The notes under the pieces: model-generated
What the model was told of the DNA's origin: nothing
What the model saw: only the letters and a program-made list of their open reading frames with translations
Databases searched by the model: none
From: an uncultured candidate division Zixibacteria bacterium
GTDB taxonomy: Bacteria; Zixibacteria; MSB-5A5; UBA10806
Reading direction: 5' to 3'
DNA length: 64,000 bases
NCBI GenBank assembly: GCA_963817915.1
Contig: CAWFQL010000016.1
Location: 288,001 to 352,000 of the forward strand
Made by a program: the position numbers and the translations under genes
Part shown: positions 40,425-50,596 of the stretch, piece by piece
Layout: each line of letters starts with the position of its first letter
How positions within the stretch are numbered: position 1 is the first letter of the stretch

Positions 40425-41132
40425 ATGGCGATTCCAAAACTTAAAGTAGATGAATTAATTACAATAAATAGAGATCATTTTTGCAAAGGGATAAAAGGGA
40501 TTTGCGTAAAGATCGTTGCGGTTGGCGATTTACCCAGCAGATTCGGCCATTTCCAGGTGGTGGCATTCTACAACAACATGGACGGTAAGGAGCATGCGGC
40601 CTTTGTCCGCGGAGATATTACCGGCAAGGAAAACGTACCGGTCAGGATGCACTCCGAATGCTTAACCGGAGATGCTATCGGTTCGCTTAGATGCGATTGC
40701 AGGGACCAGCTTGAGAAGTCATTAAAGAATTTAGGGGAAATGGAAGAAGGGCTTTTGCTATATCTGCGCCAGGAAGGCAGAGGGATCGGATTCATAAATA
40801 AGATAAAAGCATATCAATTGCAGGACGCCGGTGCCGATACGGTAGAGGCAAACATCCAATTAGGTTTTAAGGATGACGAAAGAGATTATGCTATTGCGGC
40901 GCATATGTTGAAATCATTGGAAGTAAAATCGGTAAATCTAATGACCAACAATCCCCGAAAAATCAATGCGTTGACCAGCCTTGGGATAAATGTTGTCGGC
41001 AGAATTCCGGTAATTATCCCTCCCAATGAGTATAATGCCAGATATCTACAGACAAAAATGGTAAAGTCACATCACATGCTTGAGCTTGATCCCAAGGAAC
41101 AGGTTGATGATATCAAGCATGTTGAAGCTTAG
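40425..41132 (+). CDS. ribA: GTP cyclohydrolase II
   Basis: VRMHSECLTGD..S.RCDC, QEGRGIG, MTNNPRK. Confidence 0.95.
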   Translation: MAIPKLKVDELITINRDHFCKGIKGICVKIVAVGDLPSRFGHFQVVAFYNNMDGKEHAAFVRGDITGKENVPVRMHSECLTGDAIGSLRCDCRDQLEKSLKNLGEMEEGLLLYLRQEGRGIGFINKIKAYQLQDAGADTVEANIQLGFKDDERDYAIAAHMLKSLEVKSVNLMTNNPRKINALTSLGINVVGRIPVIIPPNEYNARYLQTKMVKSHHMLELDPKEQVDDIKHVEA

Positions 41133-41395
41133 GCTTCGCTTTAAATAGAAAATTAATCCAATCAATGGCACAAGACGCAAATCCAAATGCCCCATGATGT
41201 GCCTTTACCGCAAATTTTCCCCAAAATAAGTCGGCTATTAAAATTATGTATCCCGATTTTTAGATATTGAAGAATTTCCGATGTCATTTCAGTTCTTAAT
41301 AGGCCATAGAATCTCTAATTTATTTCAATCCAAATTAAAAAATGCCGACCATTATAGTGTAAATACAAAATTGTCTACATTATTGGAGGGGACTT

Positions 41396-43913
41396 ATGAG
41401 GCGAGCGCTGAATCATTTGACGATCATGTTCTTATTCCTGATAATATTTTCGGCGTCGATTGTAAATGCCGCTGAAAGATTCGGAGATCACCGTATATAT
41501 CCGAACAGTGCCATTGGCAATTGGAACAATAACCTGGATCACTTTATAAATTCATCTTCGAGGCAGCCACTTCAAACGTTCCCGCGAACCCTTGATGCGA
41601 ACGATTCTTTATGGACTGATCGTTTTTCAACTCCGGCCGGGCTCGGCGGAGGATGCAATGCTTCTTGTGAATTCAATGGGTTATTGATCGCCGCGGGATA
41701 TTTCGAGGCCGCCGGATGTACTCTGGCAGCCAAAATTGCCTCCTGGGATGGTTCTCGATGGAGTCCGCTTGGTTCCGGAATAACCGGACCCTACAGTCAA
41801 GTCTACTCACTAATAGTTTATGACAGCATGCTAATTGCCGCCGGGTTATTTGATTCCGCCGGCTCGGTCAGCGCAAATAATATTGCCGCCTGGAATGGTT
41901 CAACATGGTCGCCGCTTGGATCGGGGATGAACCGCCGAATACATTCATTGGCGATATACGGTGGTGATTTAATTGCAGGCGGAGAATTTGATACGGCAGG
42001 GGGTAACCCGGCTGCATTTATCGCTGTCTGGAATGGCTCAAATTGGGCAAGCTTTGGGACTGGATTAAATATGTCAGTGTCTGCACTTACAAATTTCGAC
42101 ACGATGCTTGTAGCTGGGGGCGGATTTGATACCGCCGGAACCTCAGCAGCTTATTATATCGCAGCCTGGGACGGCTCAGATTGGCAGCCTTTAGGGAACC
42201 GGCCTGGATAATGCTCCCTATGCCTTGACAGTTTATAATGGCAACTTGATTGCGGCAGGCGGATTTGCATTGGCAGGCGATGTCGGCGCAAATTCTGTCG
42301 CGTCATGGGATGGTGTTACCTGGGAGCCGTTGGGAGAAGGCATAACGGGGGATTTTGAAACCTCGGTTTCTGGTTTGGCCGTATATGATAGCAATCTAAT
42401 AGCAATTGGCAATTTCTCGACTGCTGGCGGCGTCAGCGTTAATAATATTGCATCATGGAATGGTGTATCGTGGTCGAGTCTCGGCTCAGGTTTAAATTAT
42501 GAAGGCAGCAATCTAACAATTATTAATGGCAATTTGATCGCCGGGGGATATTTCTATACTGCCGGAAATACTGGCGCCTATTGTATCGCATCATGGAATG
42601 GCTCAACATGGTCATCGATAAATCCAGGTACCAATTATATCGTTACCGGCCTGAGCATCTATAATGGGCAATTGATTGCTGGCGGAGATTTCATCTCAAT
42701 ATGCGGGATAGACGCCCAGCGTATTGCATCCTGGTCCGGTACAACCTGGTCATCATTGGGGACAGGTACAAATGCAATGGTCGAGGGTCTCACAATTTTT
42801 CAAGATAAACTTATCGCCAGTGGATATTTCGATACTGCTGGGGGAGTTAATGCGAATAAAGTCGCCGCATGGGATGGCGCCGACTGGACAGCCCTGGGGA
42901 CGGGAATTACTGGAGATGTTGGAAGTTGCGTTATCACCCTTGCAGTATTTGATAGCAGTCTTATAGTTGGGGGATATTTTGATACTGCCGGGTCAGTTGA
43001 AGCAAATAATATTGCGGCATGGAATGGTTCAGATTGGTCTTCATTGGACTGCAACATGACTGGCGACTTCCCAATGGTAAATGCCTTAACAGTCTACAAT
43101 AACCAGCTGATAGCGGCAGGATCGTTTGATTCGGCAAACGGTATCGACGCTAACGGTATTGCCGCCTGGGATGGTTCGACCTGGTCATCATTGGGCAGCG
43201 GCGTGGACGCTCCATACCCTCCCACAGTTCGAGCATTGGTGGTCTACGATAGCATGCTTATCGCGGCTGGCGATTTTTATTCCGCGGGTGGCGTTAGCGC
43301 GATGGGGGTTGCCGCTTGGGACGGCAATTCCTGGTCTGCATTGGGAAATGGTTTGGAAAACGACATTTGGGCTCTTACTGTTTATGACGGCAAGCTATTC
43401 GCCGGCGGATATTTTTATATGTCAGGCGCGGATATAGTTCCGAGGGTCGCCTCGTGGGATGGAGCTTCATGGTCATCCTTGGGTTCAGGAGTGGATGGCG
43501 GCGTATTTGCTTTAATTCCATACGATAATTCATTAATAGTCGGAGGCGGTTTCATGATCGCGGGAAGCGCAGTCTCCGCATTTTTGGCTCAATGGAACAA
43601 AACCAGCAGTCAGGGTATTGGCGGAGACGACCGAGGCATAAACATTCCATCAAAACATATAATCTCTCGCAATTATCCTAATCCTTTTAATAGCACTACC
43701 GCAATAAATTATTCTCTTCCCATTTCCGGAGAAGTGTCAATTAGCATTTATGATATCCTTGGCCGTAATGTAAAAACATTGAAGGAAGGTCTAAAGCAAG
43801 CGGGCAATCATCAAGTTACATGGGATGCCAATAATCAATCGACCGGTGTCTATTTCTATAAGATTCAATCCGGCGATTTTGCGGCCACCAAGAAGATGTT
43901 ATTGCTGAAATAG
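41396..43913 (+). CDS. Secreted 14-blade beta-propeller repeat protein with T9SS/FlgD-like C-terminal domain, frameshifted at ~42195
   Basis: 14 repeats of LIAGGxFxxAGGxxAxxIAxWDGxxW across two frames; NYPNPFN...GVYFYKI...KKMLLLK; removing one G restores LGTGLDNAPYAL. Confidence 0.82.
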
Positions 43914-43939
43914 GACTATTGAATATTATACAAATTATT

Positions 43940-43964
43940 AAGGGCGGATTCGATCCGCCCTTTT
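43940..43964. terminator. Terminator between convergent genes
   Basis: AAGGGCGGAT-TCG-ATCCGCCCTT followed by T. Confidence 0.7.
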
Positions 43965-44022
43965 CATTTAACACGCTCTTTTATAGCAGACGATTTCTAT
44001 AATCGGCAAATGGATATCACCA

Positions 44023-45564
44023 CTATTTTTCAAATTGCGCGGCGCGATAGGCTTTCGTGTGAAAATGTCTGCCTAAATTGTTTGTTCCTTTTTGGCCATA
44101 CATCGCAGGCGCATCGACTTCGTAAGGCCCGTCATAACCATTTCGTCCAATTTTATCGCCATCGAATGCAATAGTGATTGTCCTCTTGCCGGCCTCGAGA
44201 TAGCCTTCGCCGAATGTGTAGATATTATTATTGTTTATGCCTCCAGGGCAAAACAATATCCCCTGCCAATGGTAATAATCGCTTTCTCTAATATCCACGT
44301 CCAACATAACGACCAGCGAATCATAAAGGCCATCGCCGTCAATATCGATCCCTCGATCGGCAAAATTGCCGGCAATCTCAAGCCCGCCGCCCTGAAATTC
44401 CCAGACGCTGTATTTTTTGGTAACATAGGCATTTTCGATATAGTCAACTAAGTAACCCATTTCTTCATCCATAATTGACAGGGAAAGATGTCCGAGATGA
44501 TAGGGACCGTCTGATCTGCCCTTATAGATATTATTGCCATCGAAAGCCAAAAGCACTTCGCTGTCTTGACTGGTTAGAAAAGTGTCGAGATAAGCGCTTG
44601 CGATTATCTTACCGTCACTGTTATCAAGCTCCCCTGCGATACTATATTTATCAAGGTCTGTTACTTTCACGCCAACCTTTACGTAAAGCTTGTCGATTAA
44701 GTTGTCAGCATTGGTGTCCCGCGTATATTCGCTGAATGTGCCATCAAACTTCGCCTTGCTTTTAGCTATGCCGAGACCGACGCCGCCATTTCTCGTGAAT
44801 GGTTCCGAGCCGCCCTTTTGAGCTCTGACCGAGATGTTCAGACTTCCCGTTAAGGATGGCTTAGAATATGTGCAAGTATAATATCCATCGTCTGCGATAG
44901 AATCACGGTGAGTGCCATCATCATACATCGCAAGAGTATCGATCGCTTCAATCACTTTCCAGATGAATGCCTCAACAGTCGCCCCAGTTACCGGCTCTTT
45001 ACCTTTCTTCAAAATAGACGTCACTACAATGGTATCACCCCTGAAGTAATATTCTTTATCCTTTTTCACTTCGAGCTTTATTTCAGAGCCATCGAAAAAT
45101 GCCGTCAAAGTGTAGTAAGTAATTTTATCGTTTTCTTTGCCGGGGGATACTTCCACAATCCATTTACCGACTGGCGGGTTAATTCCAAATGTGATATATA
45201 CCATATTCATATCTGGCACGTTAAGATAAGAGTTGAACTTATTTTGATCGGCCGTCGCCGAATCCGTCCGGATGCCTTTGGGGTCGGTTGCTGCCAACTG
45301 GAGATTTCCGGAACCGAAGCAGGTAAATGATACCATATTAGATTTGTCGATATTAATTTCGTGCCTGTTGACATGTCCCGGTAAAACACTATCGGCCACC
45401 GCAAATGACATCTGCATTTCATCTGATAGGGAATCAGCCGTCGAATCGGAATTGTCATTTGACTGTCCCAAGCCCGGCTGCATGGCTTCGGTTCTCGCCG
45501 CGAACGAGACGCAGATAATGCAAATTGCCAGGCTTATCAAAATGTATCGCGAGTATTTTTTCAT
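44023..45564 (-). CDS. Secreted Ig-like / Ca-binding domain protein (choice-of-anchor X-like motif)
   Basis: Signal peptide; MYDDGTHRDSIADDGYYT; two related DxxxDxLxDxL...GPY domains. Confidence 0.6.
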   Translation of the reverse strand: MKKYSRYILISLAICIICVSFAARTEAMQPGLGQSNDNSDSTADSLSDEMQMSFAVADSVLPGHVNRHEINIDKSNMVSFTCFGSGNLQLAATDPKGIRTDSATADQNKFNSYLNVPDMNMVYITFGINPPVGKWIVEVSPGKENDKITYYTLTAFFDGSEIKLEVKKDKEYYFRGDTIVVTSILKKGKEPVTGATVEAFIWKVIEAIDTLAMYDDGTHRDSIADDGYYTCTYSKPSLTGSLNISVRAQKGGSEPFTRNGGVGLGIAKSKAKFDGTFSEYTRDTNADNLIDKLYVKVGVKVTDLDKYSIAGELDNSDGKIIASAYLDTFLTSQDSEVLLAFDGNNIYKGRSDGPYHLGHLSLSIMDEEMGYLVDYIENAYVTKKYSVWEFQGGGLEIAGNFADRGIDIDGDGLYDSLVVMLDVDIRESDYYHWQGILFCPGGINNNNIYTFGEGYLEAGKRTITIAFDGDKIGRNGYDGPYEVDAPAMYGQKGTNNLGRHFHTKAYRAAQFEK

Positions 45565-45722
45565 TGCATTTCCTTTGGCTTAACGAGATCAGATCTATTA
45601 GACTGAGAAGATTTTAATATATAAACAATCTGACGACAACAATAATTATGATGGAATGTTTTTGTTAGATTTTAGCTTGAAGGCGGGGCTTGGATTTGAA
45701 CCAAGGATCCGCCGTAGGCGAA

Positions 45723-45977
45723 TTATGAGCCCAACAAGCTACCGTTCTCGATCTCATCCAGAAAACATCTTCCGGCTCCGCTCTTCAACCATTTTTCCCT
45801 TCTCATGGCTTCCGAGCGCGTAGAATAGATTTCCTTATGAATTAATATCCAGTTGGAATCACGACTGGTATATTTGCTTATCCCCGTGTTATGCTGATCT
45901 AACCTCTTCGAAAGGTCCTCGGTATAACCTATATATCGAATTCCACCTGCAGAACGTATGACATAGACCGTAAACAT
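45723..45977 (-). CDS. GIY-YIG nuclease family protein (84 aa), copy 3 (distal)
   Basis: VYVIRS..RYIGYT.DL.KRL.QHN..EAMRREKWLKSG. Confidence 0.88.
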   Translation of the reverse strand: MFTVYVIRSAGGIRYIGYTEDLSKRLDQHNTGISKYTSRDSNWILIHKEIYSTRSEAMRREKWLKSGAGRCFLDEIENGSLLGS

Positions 45978-46044
45978 CAAAAAAATATTGGCCAATAAAA
46001 AATAGCGGGGCTTGGATTTGAACCAAGGATCCGCCATAGGCGGA

Positions 46045-46299
46045 TTATGAGCCCGACCTCTTTCCGTTTTCGATCTCATCCAGAAAACGTCTGCCCGCTC
46101 CACTCTTCAACCATTTTTCCCTTCTCATGGCTTCAGAGCGCGTAGAATAGATTTCCTTATGAATTAATATCCAGTTGGAATCACGACTGGTATATTTGCT
46201 TATCCCCGTGTTATGCTGATCTAACCTCTTCGAAAGGTCCTCGGTATAACCTATATATCGAATTCCACCTGCAGAACGTATGACATAGACCGTAAACAT
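46045..46299 (-). CDS. GIY-YIG nuclease family protein (84 aa), copy 2
   Basis: Same motifs; C-terminus NGKRSGS. Confidence 0.88.
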   Translation of the reverse strand: MFTVYVIRSAGGIRYIGYTEDLSKRLDQHNTGISKYTSRDSNWILIHKEIYSTRSEAMRREKWLKSGAGRRFLDEIENGKRSGS

Positions 46300-46366
46300 C
46301 AAAAAAATATTGGCCAATAAAAAATAGCGGGGCTTGGATTTGAACCAAGGATCCGCCGTAGGCGGA

Positions 46367-46621
46367 TTATGAGCCCAACAAGCTACCGTTCTCGATCTCA
46401 TCCAGAAAACGTCTGCCCGCTCCACTCTTCAACCATTTTTCCCTTCTCATGGCTTCAGAGCGCGTAGAATAATTTTCTTTATGAATCAATTTCCAATCGG
46501 TATCACGACTGGTATATTTGCTTATTCCTGTATTATGCTGAGCTAACCTTTTAGAAAGATCTTCAGTATAGCCTATATATCGAATTCCACCAGTAGAACG
46601 TATGACATAAACCGTAAACAT
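46367..46621 (-). CDS. GIY-YIG nuclease family protein (84 aa), copy 1 (tRNA-proximal)
   Basis: Same motifs; diverged from copies 2 and 3 mainly at synonymous sites. Confidence 0.88.
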   Translation of the reverse strand: MFTVYVIRSTGGIRYIGYTEDLSKRLAQHNTGISKYTSRDTDWKLIHKENYSTRSEAMRREKWLKSGAGRRFLDEIENGSLLGS

Positions 46622-46646
46622 CAAAAAGATATTTAGCAATAAAAAA

Positions 46647-46720
<74 letters not shown>

Positions 46721-46754
46721 TCGTTTCTTCTTATTTTTTGATCTATCGCTCGTT

Positions 46755-46798
46755 CCCGACGAGCTACTCCGCCTGCGGCGGACTCCACCCCGCGTCGT
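46755..46798 (-). repeat. tRNA-fMet 5'-half copy with the D-loop replaced by a palindrome
   Basis: ACGA-CGCGGGGTGGAG-TCCGCCGCAGGCGGA-GTAGCTCGTCGGG. Confidence 0.88.
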
Positions 46799-46887
46799 AT
46801 TAACTTTATTTATCAACCCTGCATATCTAAAAGTCGTTCCCAATTAATCCACATCTGAACGACCAAAAACATTTGCGGGCCGATGAC

Positions 46888-46915
46888 AATATAGATTTCA
46901 AAATTACAATGTCAA
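46888..46915 (-). promoter_or_regulatory. Sigma70 promoter upstream of the tRNA/GIY-YIG array
   Basis: TTGACA-N16-TATATT on the minus strand. Confidence 0.6.
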
Positions 46916-46941
46916 GTCTAATGATTTAAGAAAATATGGAA

Positions 46942-47685
46942 TTAACTATTCGATGAAATATATTCCCCATCAACTTTAACTATAACCAAATCAATTTCAA
47001 AATCCTTGCCCGAATCGGCAACTGCCTTTTCCACCATAGCCAAAAGTCCCCTGCAACAGGGCACCTCCATGATCGCGACACGAATACTTGGAATATCATT
47101 ATTCATAATTATTGCTGATAGCTTTGCGATATATCCCGATAAGTCATCCAATTTCGGGCAGGCGATCACCAGAGAATTTCCCTTAAGCAAATTGTCGTGA
47201 AAGCTGGCATCGCTGAACGCCACACAATCGGCGGCAATCAATAGCTCGCGGCCACTGAAATATGGCGCCAATGGCGATACCAGGCGCAATTGAATCGGCC
47301 ATTGAGTCAGTTCTGATTGTCTATCCGAATCGCTTTTTGAAGGAATTGTAGTAGAAGATTTTCGCTCGATAGACATAGTTCTCGAACCCGGACATCCCGT
47401 AAAATCATGCGCTGATTTTCTTTCCGCGGGTTTCGTTTTTTGAATGATATTCGTGTTTGCCTGTGCAGATTTTTCATCAAATTCAGGCGCGTAGCGTTTG
47501 ATCACAATCATCGCTTCTTGGGGACATTCGCCGACACAGGCGCCCATGCCATCGCATAATGTTTCCGATACCAACCTGGCTTTGCCATCGATAATTGCAA
47601 GTGCGCCTTCGGGACATGACGGTATGCAAAGGCCGCATCCATCGCATTTAGATTCGTCGATTAGTATAATATCTCTCAATGACAT
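46942..47685 (-). CDS. 2x[4Fe-4S] ferredoxin-domain protein
   Basis: CDGCGLCIPSCP, CDGMGACVGECP, GCPGS, AADC, CPKLD, MEVPCC. Confidence 0.85.
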   Translation of the reverse strand: MSLRDIILIDESKCDGCGLCIPSCPEGALAIIDGKARLVSETLCDGMGACVGECPQEAMIVIKRYAPEFDEKSAQANTNIIQKTKPAERKSAHDFTGCPGSRTMSIERKSSTTIPSKSDSDRQSELTQWPIQLRLVSPLAPYFSGRELLIAADCVAFSDASFHDNLLKGNSLVIACPKLDDLSGYIAKLSAIIMNNDIPSIRVAIMEVPCCRGLLAMVEKAVADSGKDFEIDLVIVKVDGEYISSNS

Positions 47686-47877
47686 TTATTCTCCTAAAGT
47701 AAATTTCAGTATGGGAAGATAGATTCCGTATTGGGATTACTTTTTAATTCCGGGCGCAAGACTACATCGCCTGCTAAGATTGATATTAATTCGCTGAATA
47801 TTGGAATATGCTGCAAAACTTCGTTAGTCGATTCTTATTGATGATTTTTTGTATGTCGAGACTACAAAGACCGCTGA

Positions 47878-48111
47878 CTATTCTTCTTGAACCGCGATTA
47901 CTTCCTTTACCTCAGGAACCTGCTGCTTTAGTATTTTCTCGATACCCATCTTCAATGTCATTTGCGACATTGGACAACCGCCGCATGCCCCGGTCAATTT
48001 CAATTTGACTATACCCTGATCAACATCTATATCTACGATCTCGACATCGCCGCCATCGGCCTGCAGATATCCTCGTACACCCTCAATTGCGTTTGCCACT
48101 TTTTCTTTCAA
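47878..48111 (-). CDS. NifU-C/Nfu Fe-S carrier
   Basis: LQADGGDVE..GACGGCPMS. Confidence 0.9.
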   Translation of the reverse strand: MKEKVANAIEGVRGYLQADGGDVEIVDIDVDQGIVKLKLTGACGGCPMSQMTLKMGIEKILKQQVPEVKEVIAVQEE

Positions 48112-48120
48112 ACTAACTCC

Positions 48121-49242
48121 TCAGCTGATGCTCTTTGCTTCTATATTATCGCTTTGAATTATATTTTGCCGGTCTGATTTCAACATCTTCACAATCTTGC
48201 CAGCGATATTTTTTATTTCGTCGGCGGCAAGCGAATGATTTTCGGCCAAGACTATTGGCTCACCATTGTCCCCGTGGGAACGGACCGCAGTTTCAAGCGG
48301 AATCTGACCTAAAAGTGGCGCTTTTAGTTTTTCGGATAACTCCATTCCTCCGCCCGAGCCGAAAATCTCATTTCTTGAACCGTCCGGCGCCAGGAAATAG
48401 GACATGTTTTCTATAATACCGATTGTTTTAATAGATACTTTTTCGGCCAATTCGGCAAATCGAGAGGCTACGAAATATGCGCCCGGCTGGGGCGTGGTAA
48501 CAATGACAGCGTTTGCCTCGCCAACAATCTGCGCCAGCGAAATCGCGACATCGCCTGTACCCGGAGGAAGATCGACATAAAGAAAATCGAGTCCATCCCA
48601 AAATACATCCGACAAAAACTGACTGACAGCTTTATGTATCATCGGTCCGCGCCAGACAACAGCCTTGTCTTCATCGATAAAAAATCCCATCGAAATAACA
48701 CGAAGTCCGTATTTTTCGAGCGGGATAATAGCGTTGTCGATTACAGTCGGGTTACCATCGAGATTCAATATCCTCGGAATAGAAAATCCGTAGATATCAG
48801 CATCGAGCAAACCAACCTTATATCCCATCTGCGCAGTTGCTACCGCGAGATTGGCCGAGACTGTTGATTTGCCAACCCCGCCTTTACCGGATGCCACTAA
48901 AATTACATTGCCGACACCCTTCCTGGCGAATAGTTCCGATGGGTCCTTGCCGGTCATTTTTCGTGTCAGGTTTTTCCGCTCTTCCTCGGTCATAGAGGAG
49001 AATGATATCTTAATCTGCTTGATCTCGGTCAAATCCGCGAGAACCTTACGGACATCAGAATCAATTCTGGATTTCAACGGACATCCCGGAATAGTGAGTT
49101 TTATCAATAACTCAAGATTGCCCTTGCTGTAATCGATCTTGTCAACCATGCCGAGTTCGACTATAGATCGTTTGAGTTCGGGATCTTCGACTGTCTTCAG
49201 GCGAGCGAGGATGTCATCGTTGGTAATTCCGGTCTTGTTCAT
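48121..49242 (-). CDS. apbC: Mrp/ApbC (NBP35) Fe-S carrier ATPase with N-terminal DUF59
   Basis: DPELKRSIVELG, GKGGVGKST, DADIYG, DLPPGTGD, ENMS. Confidence 0.92.
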   Translation of the reverse strand: MNKTGITNDDILARLKTVEDPELKRSIVELGMVDKIDYSKGNLELLIKLTIPGCPLKSRIDSDVRKVLADLTEIKQIKISFSSMTEEERKNLTRKMTGKDPSELFARKGVGNVILVASGKGGVGKSTVSANLAVATAQMGYKVGLLDADIYGFSIPRILNLDGNPTVIDNAIIPLEKYGLRVISMGFFIDEDKAVVWRGPMIHKAVSQFLSDVFWDGLDFLYVDLPPGTGDVAISLAQIVGEANAVIVTTPQPGAYFVASRFAELAEKVSIKTIGIIENMSYFLAPDGSRNEIFGSGGGMELSEKLKAPLLGQIPLETAVRSHGDNGEPIVLAENHSLAADEIKNIAGKIVKMLKSDRQNIIQSDNIEAKSIS

Positions 49243-49712
49243 ATACTATTTTCCTTCAGTCCGCCGCCGCATTCTTCGCAAAATTCTATTTCTTTTAATA
49301 ACGGTCTTTTCGAATCCAATGTGCCCGCGATATCGGAAAGAAATATTGCCCTTAGCTGTGACTCGATTGTCTGCTCAATTTTATAATAAACATCTCGAAG
49401 AAGACAATTGTTCATTATTAGACAGCTATTTGAGCTTCCAAGACAGTGATATAATGGCCCTATGTTCTGGACCGAAGTGATAATATCATAAATAGTGATT
49501 TGTCGGGGGTCTGCGGCTAATTTAGAGCCTCCACCGGGGCCGCGCGATGTCCTTAGCAATCGCGTTTTCTTCAATCGAGCCAATATTTCAGACAAGAAAC
49601 GAGCCGGAATACCCTCTATTTGAGCGATTTCCTGGCTGCGCAAGGCTCTTGGGTAGATTCTTGCCAGGGCTGACATCGCCCTCACCGCATATTCCGCTTT
49701 GTTGCTAAACAT
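49239..49712 (-). CDS. Rrf2-family regulator (IscR-like three-Cys motif)
   Basis: AEYAVRAM, RGPGGG, C-x6-C-x5-C, extra C-terminal CEEC. Confidence 0.88.
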   Translation of the reverse strand: MFSNKAEYAVRAMSALARIYPRALRSQEIAQIEGIPARFLSEILARLKKTRLLRTSRGPGGGSKLAADPRQITIYDIITSVQNIGPLYHCLGSSNSCLIMNNCLLRDVYYKIEQTIESQLRAIFLSDIAGTLDSKRPLLKEIEFCEECGGGLKENSI

Positions 49713-49815
49713 CGACTAAATCTATCTACTAACTGCGCAATATAGAAATCGGTCTAATTTTGTCAAGCGTTTATATTTTTCTTGACAGCTTTTAATGCTT
49801 AAGTATATTGTGGTT

Positions 49816-49833
49816 TTGTGAAACCGTTCACAA
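49816..49833. promoter_or_regulatory. Rex operator
   Basis: TTGTGAA-ACCG-TTCACAA, exact Rex consensus, just downstream of TTGACA-N16-TATATT (49782-49809). Confidence 0.9.
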
Positions 49834-49859
49834 CAACTCCGAAACGGGAGGGTAATACA

Positions 49860-50513
49860 TTGAATGCCAAAAAATTAAATAAAAAGATATCAGTTTCAAC
49901 TATCCGAAGGCTTTCAATTTATTACCGAGCGTTGATGGCGCTTGAAAATGAAGCATATGATACAATTTCATCAAGAGAATTGGCTAAACGTGAAAAGCTG
50001 ACTCCGGCCCAAGTCCGCAAGGATCTTTCATTTTTCGGAAGCTTTGGAACGAGAGGGCTGGGATATCCTGTCAAAGACCTGAAAGCGCAGATTGCCGAAA
50101 TTCTGGGACTTAATCGCTTATGGAATGTAGCCTTAGTGGGAGTTGGGAATATCGGTTCTGCCATGGTAAGTTATAAAGAATTCGCTCGACAGGGATTCGT
50201 CTTCAAGCTTTTATTCGATAATGATCAAAGAAAGATCGGCTCCAATCACAAGGGGATTCCGGTTTCAGATATTAATGATATTCGTAAGCTTTTGAAGGAA
50301 GGCGATATATCTATAGTGGTCGTTGCCGTACCAGCGTCAGCGGCCCAGAAGGTTTGCGATGAAATCGTGGCGGCTGGAATAAAGGCGATCATGAATTTCG
50401 CCCCGATCAATCTAAAGGTGCCCGAGGACGTTGTCCTGCTCAATGAAAACATGGCAATCGAGCTAGAGCACCTGTCGTTTTCCCTGACCAATAAGACCAT
50501 GCTGGCCGAATAA
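49860..50513 (+). CDS. rex: Redox-sensing transcriptional repressor Rex
   Basis: TIRRLSIYYR, QVRKDLSFFG, GVGNIGSA, NFAP; TTG start after GGAGG. Confidence 0.95.
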   Translation: MNAKKLNKKISVSTIRRLSIYYRALMALENEAYDTISSRELAKREKLTPAQVRKDLSFFGSFGTRGLGYPVKDLKAQIAEILGLNRLWNVALVGVGNIGSAMVSYKEFARQGFVFKLLFDNDQRKIGSNHKGIPVSDINDIRKLLKEGDISIVVVAVPASAAQKVCDEIVAAGIKAIMNFAPINLKVPEDVVLLNENMAIELEHLSFSLTNKTMLAE

Positions 50514-50596
50514 ATGCCATGAACAATAGCTTTAAAATAATACCCCTAACCCCATTTTTTTTCTTGACATTATAAACAAATCTGGCGTTATTATTG

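Noticed and set aside
40169..43964. GGCGGAT...ATCCGCC hairpins at 40169 and 43940 as copies of the tRNA-associated palindrome
   Set aside because: The arm order is reversed, and they sit right after stop codons with A/T tails, consistent with ordinary terminators.
45683..46387. Additional functional tRNA-Met genes or intron-split tRNAs
   Set aside because: The copies lack the 5' acceptor strand and the palindrome disrupts the anticodon stem; no group I/II intron structure is visible.
45723..46425. 126-aa versions of the GIY-YIG ORFs in the ORF track
   Set aside because: The N-terminal extensions are out-of-frame read-through of the previous unit and tRNA fragment; the shared start is MFTVYV (84 aa).
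49713..49760. IscR-type operator
   Set aside because: Only one convincing half-site (TAGTCGA); the palindrome is too degenerate to call.
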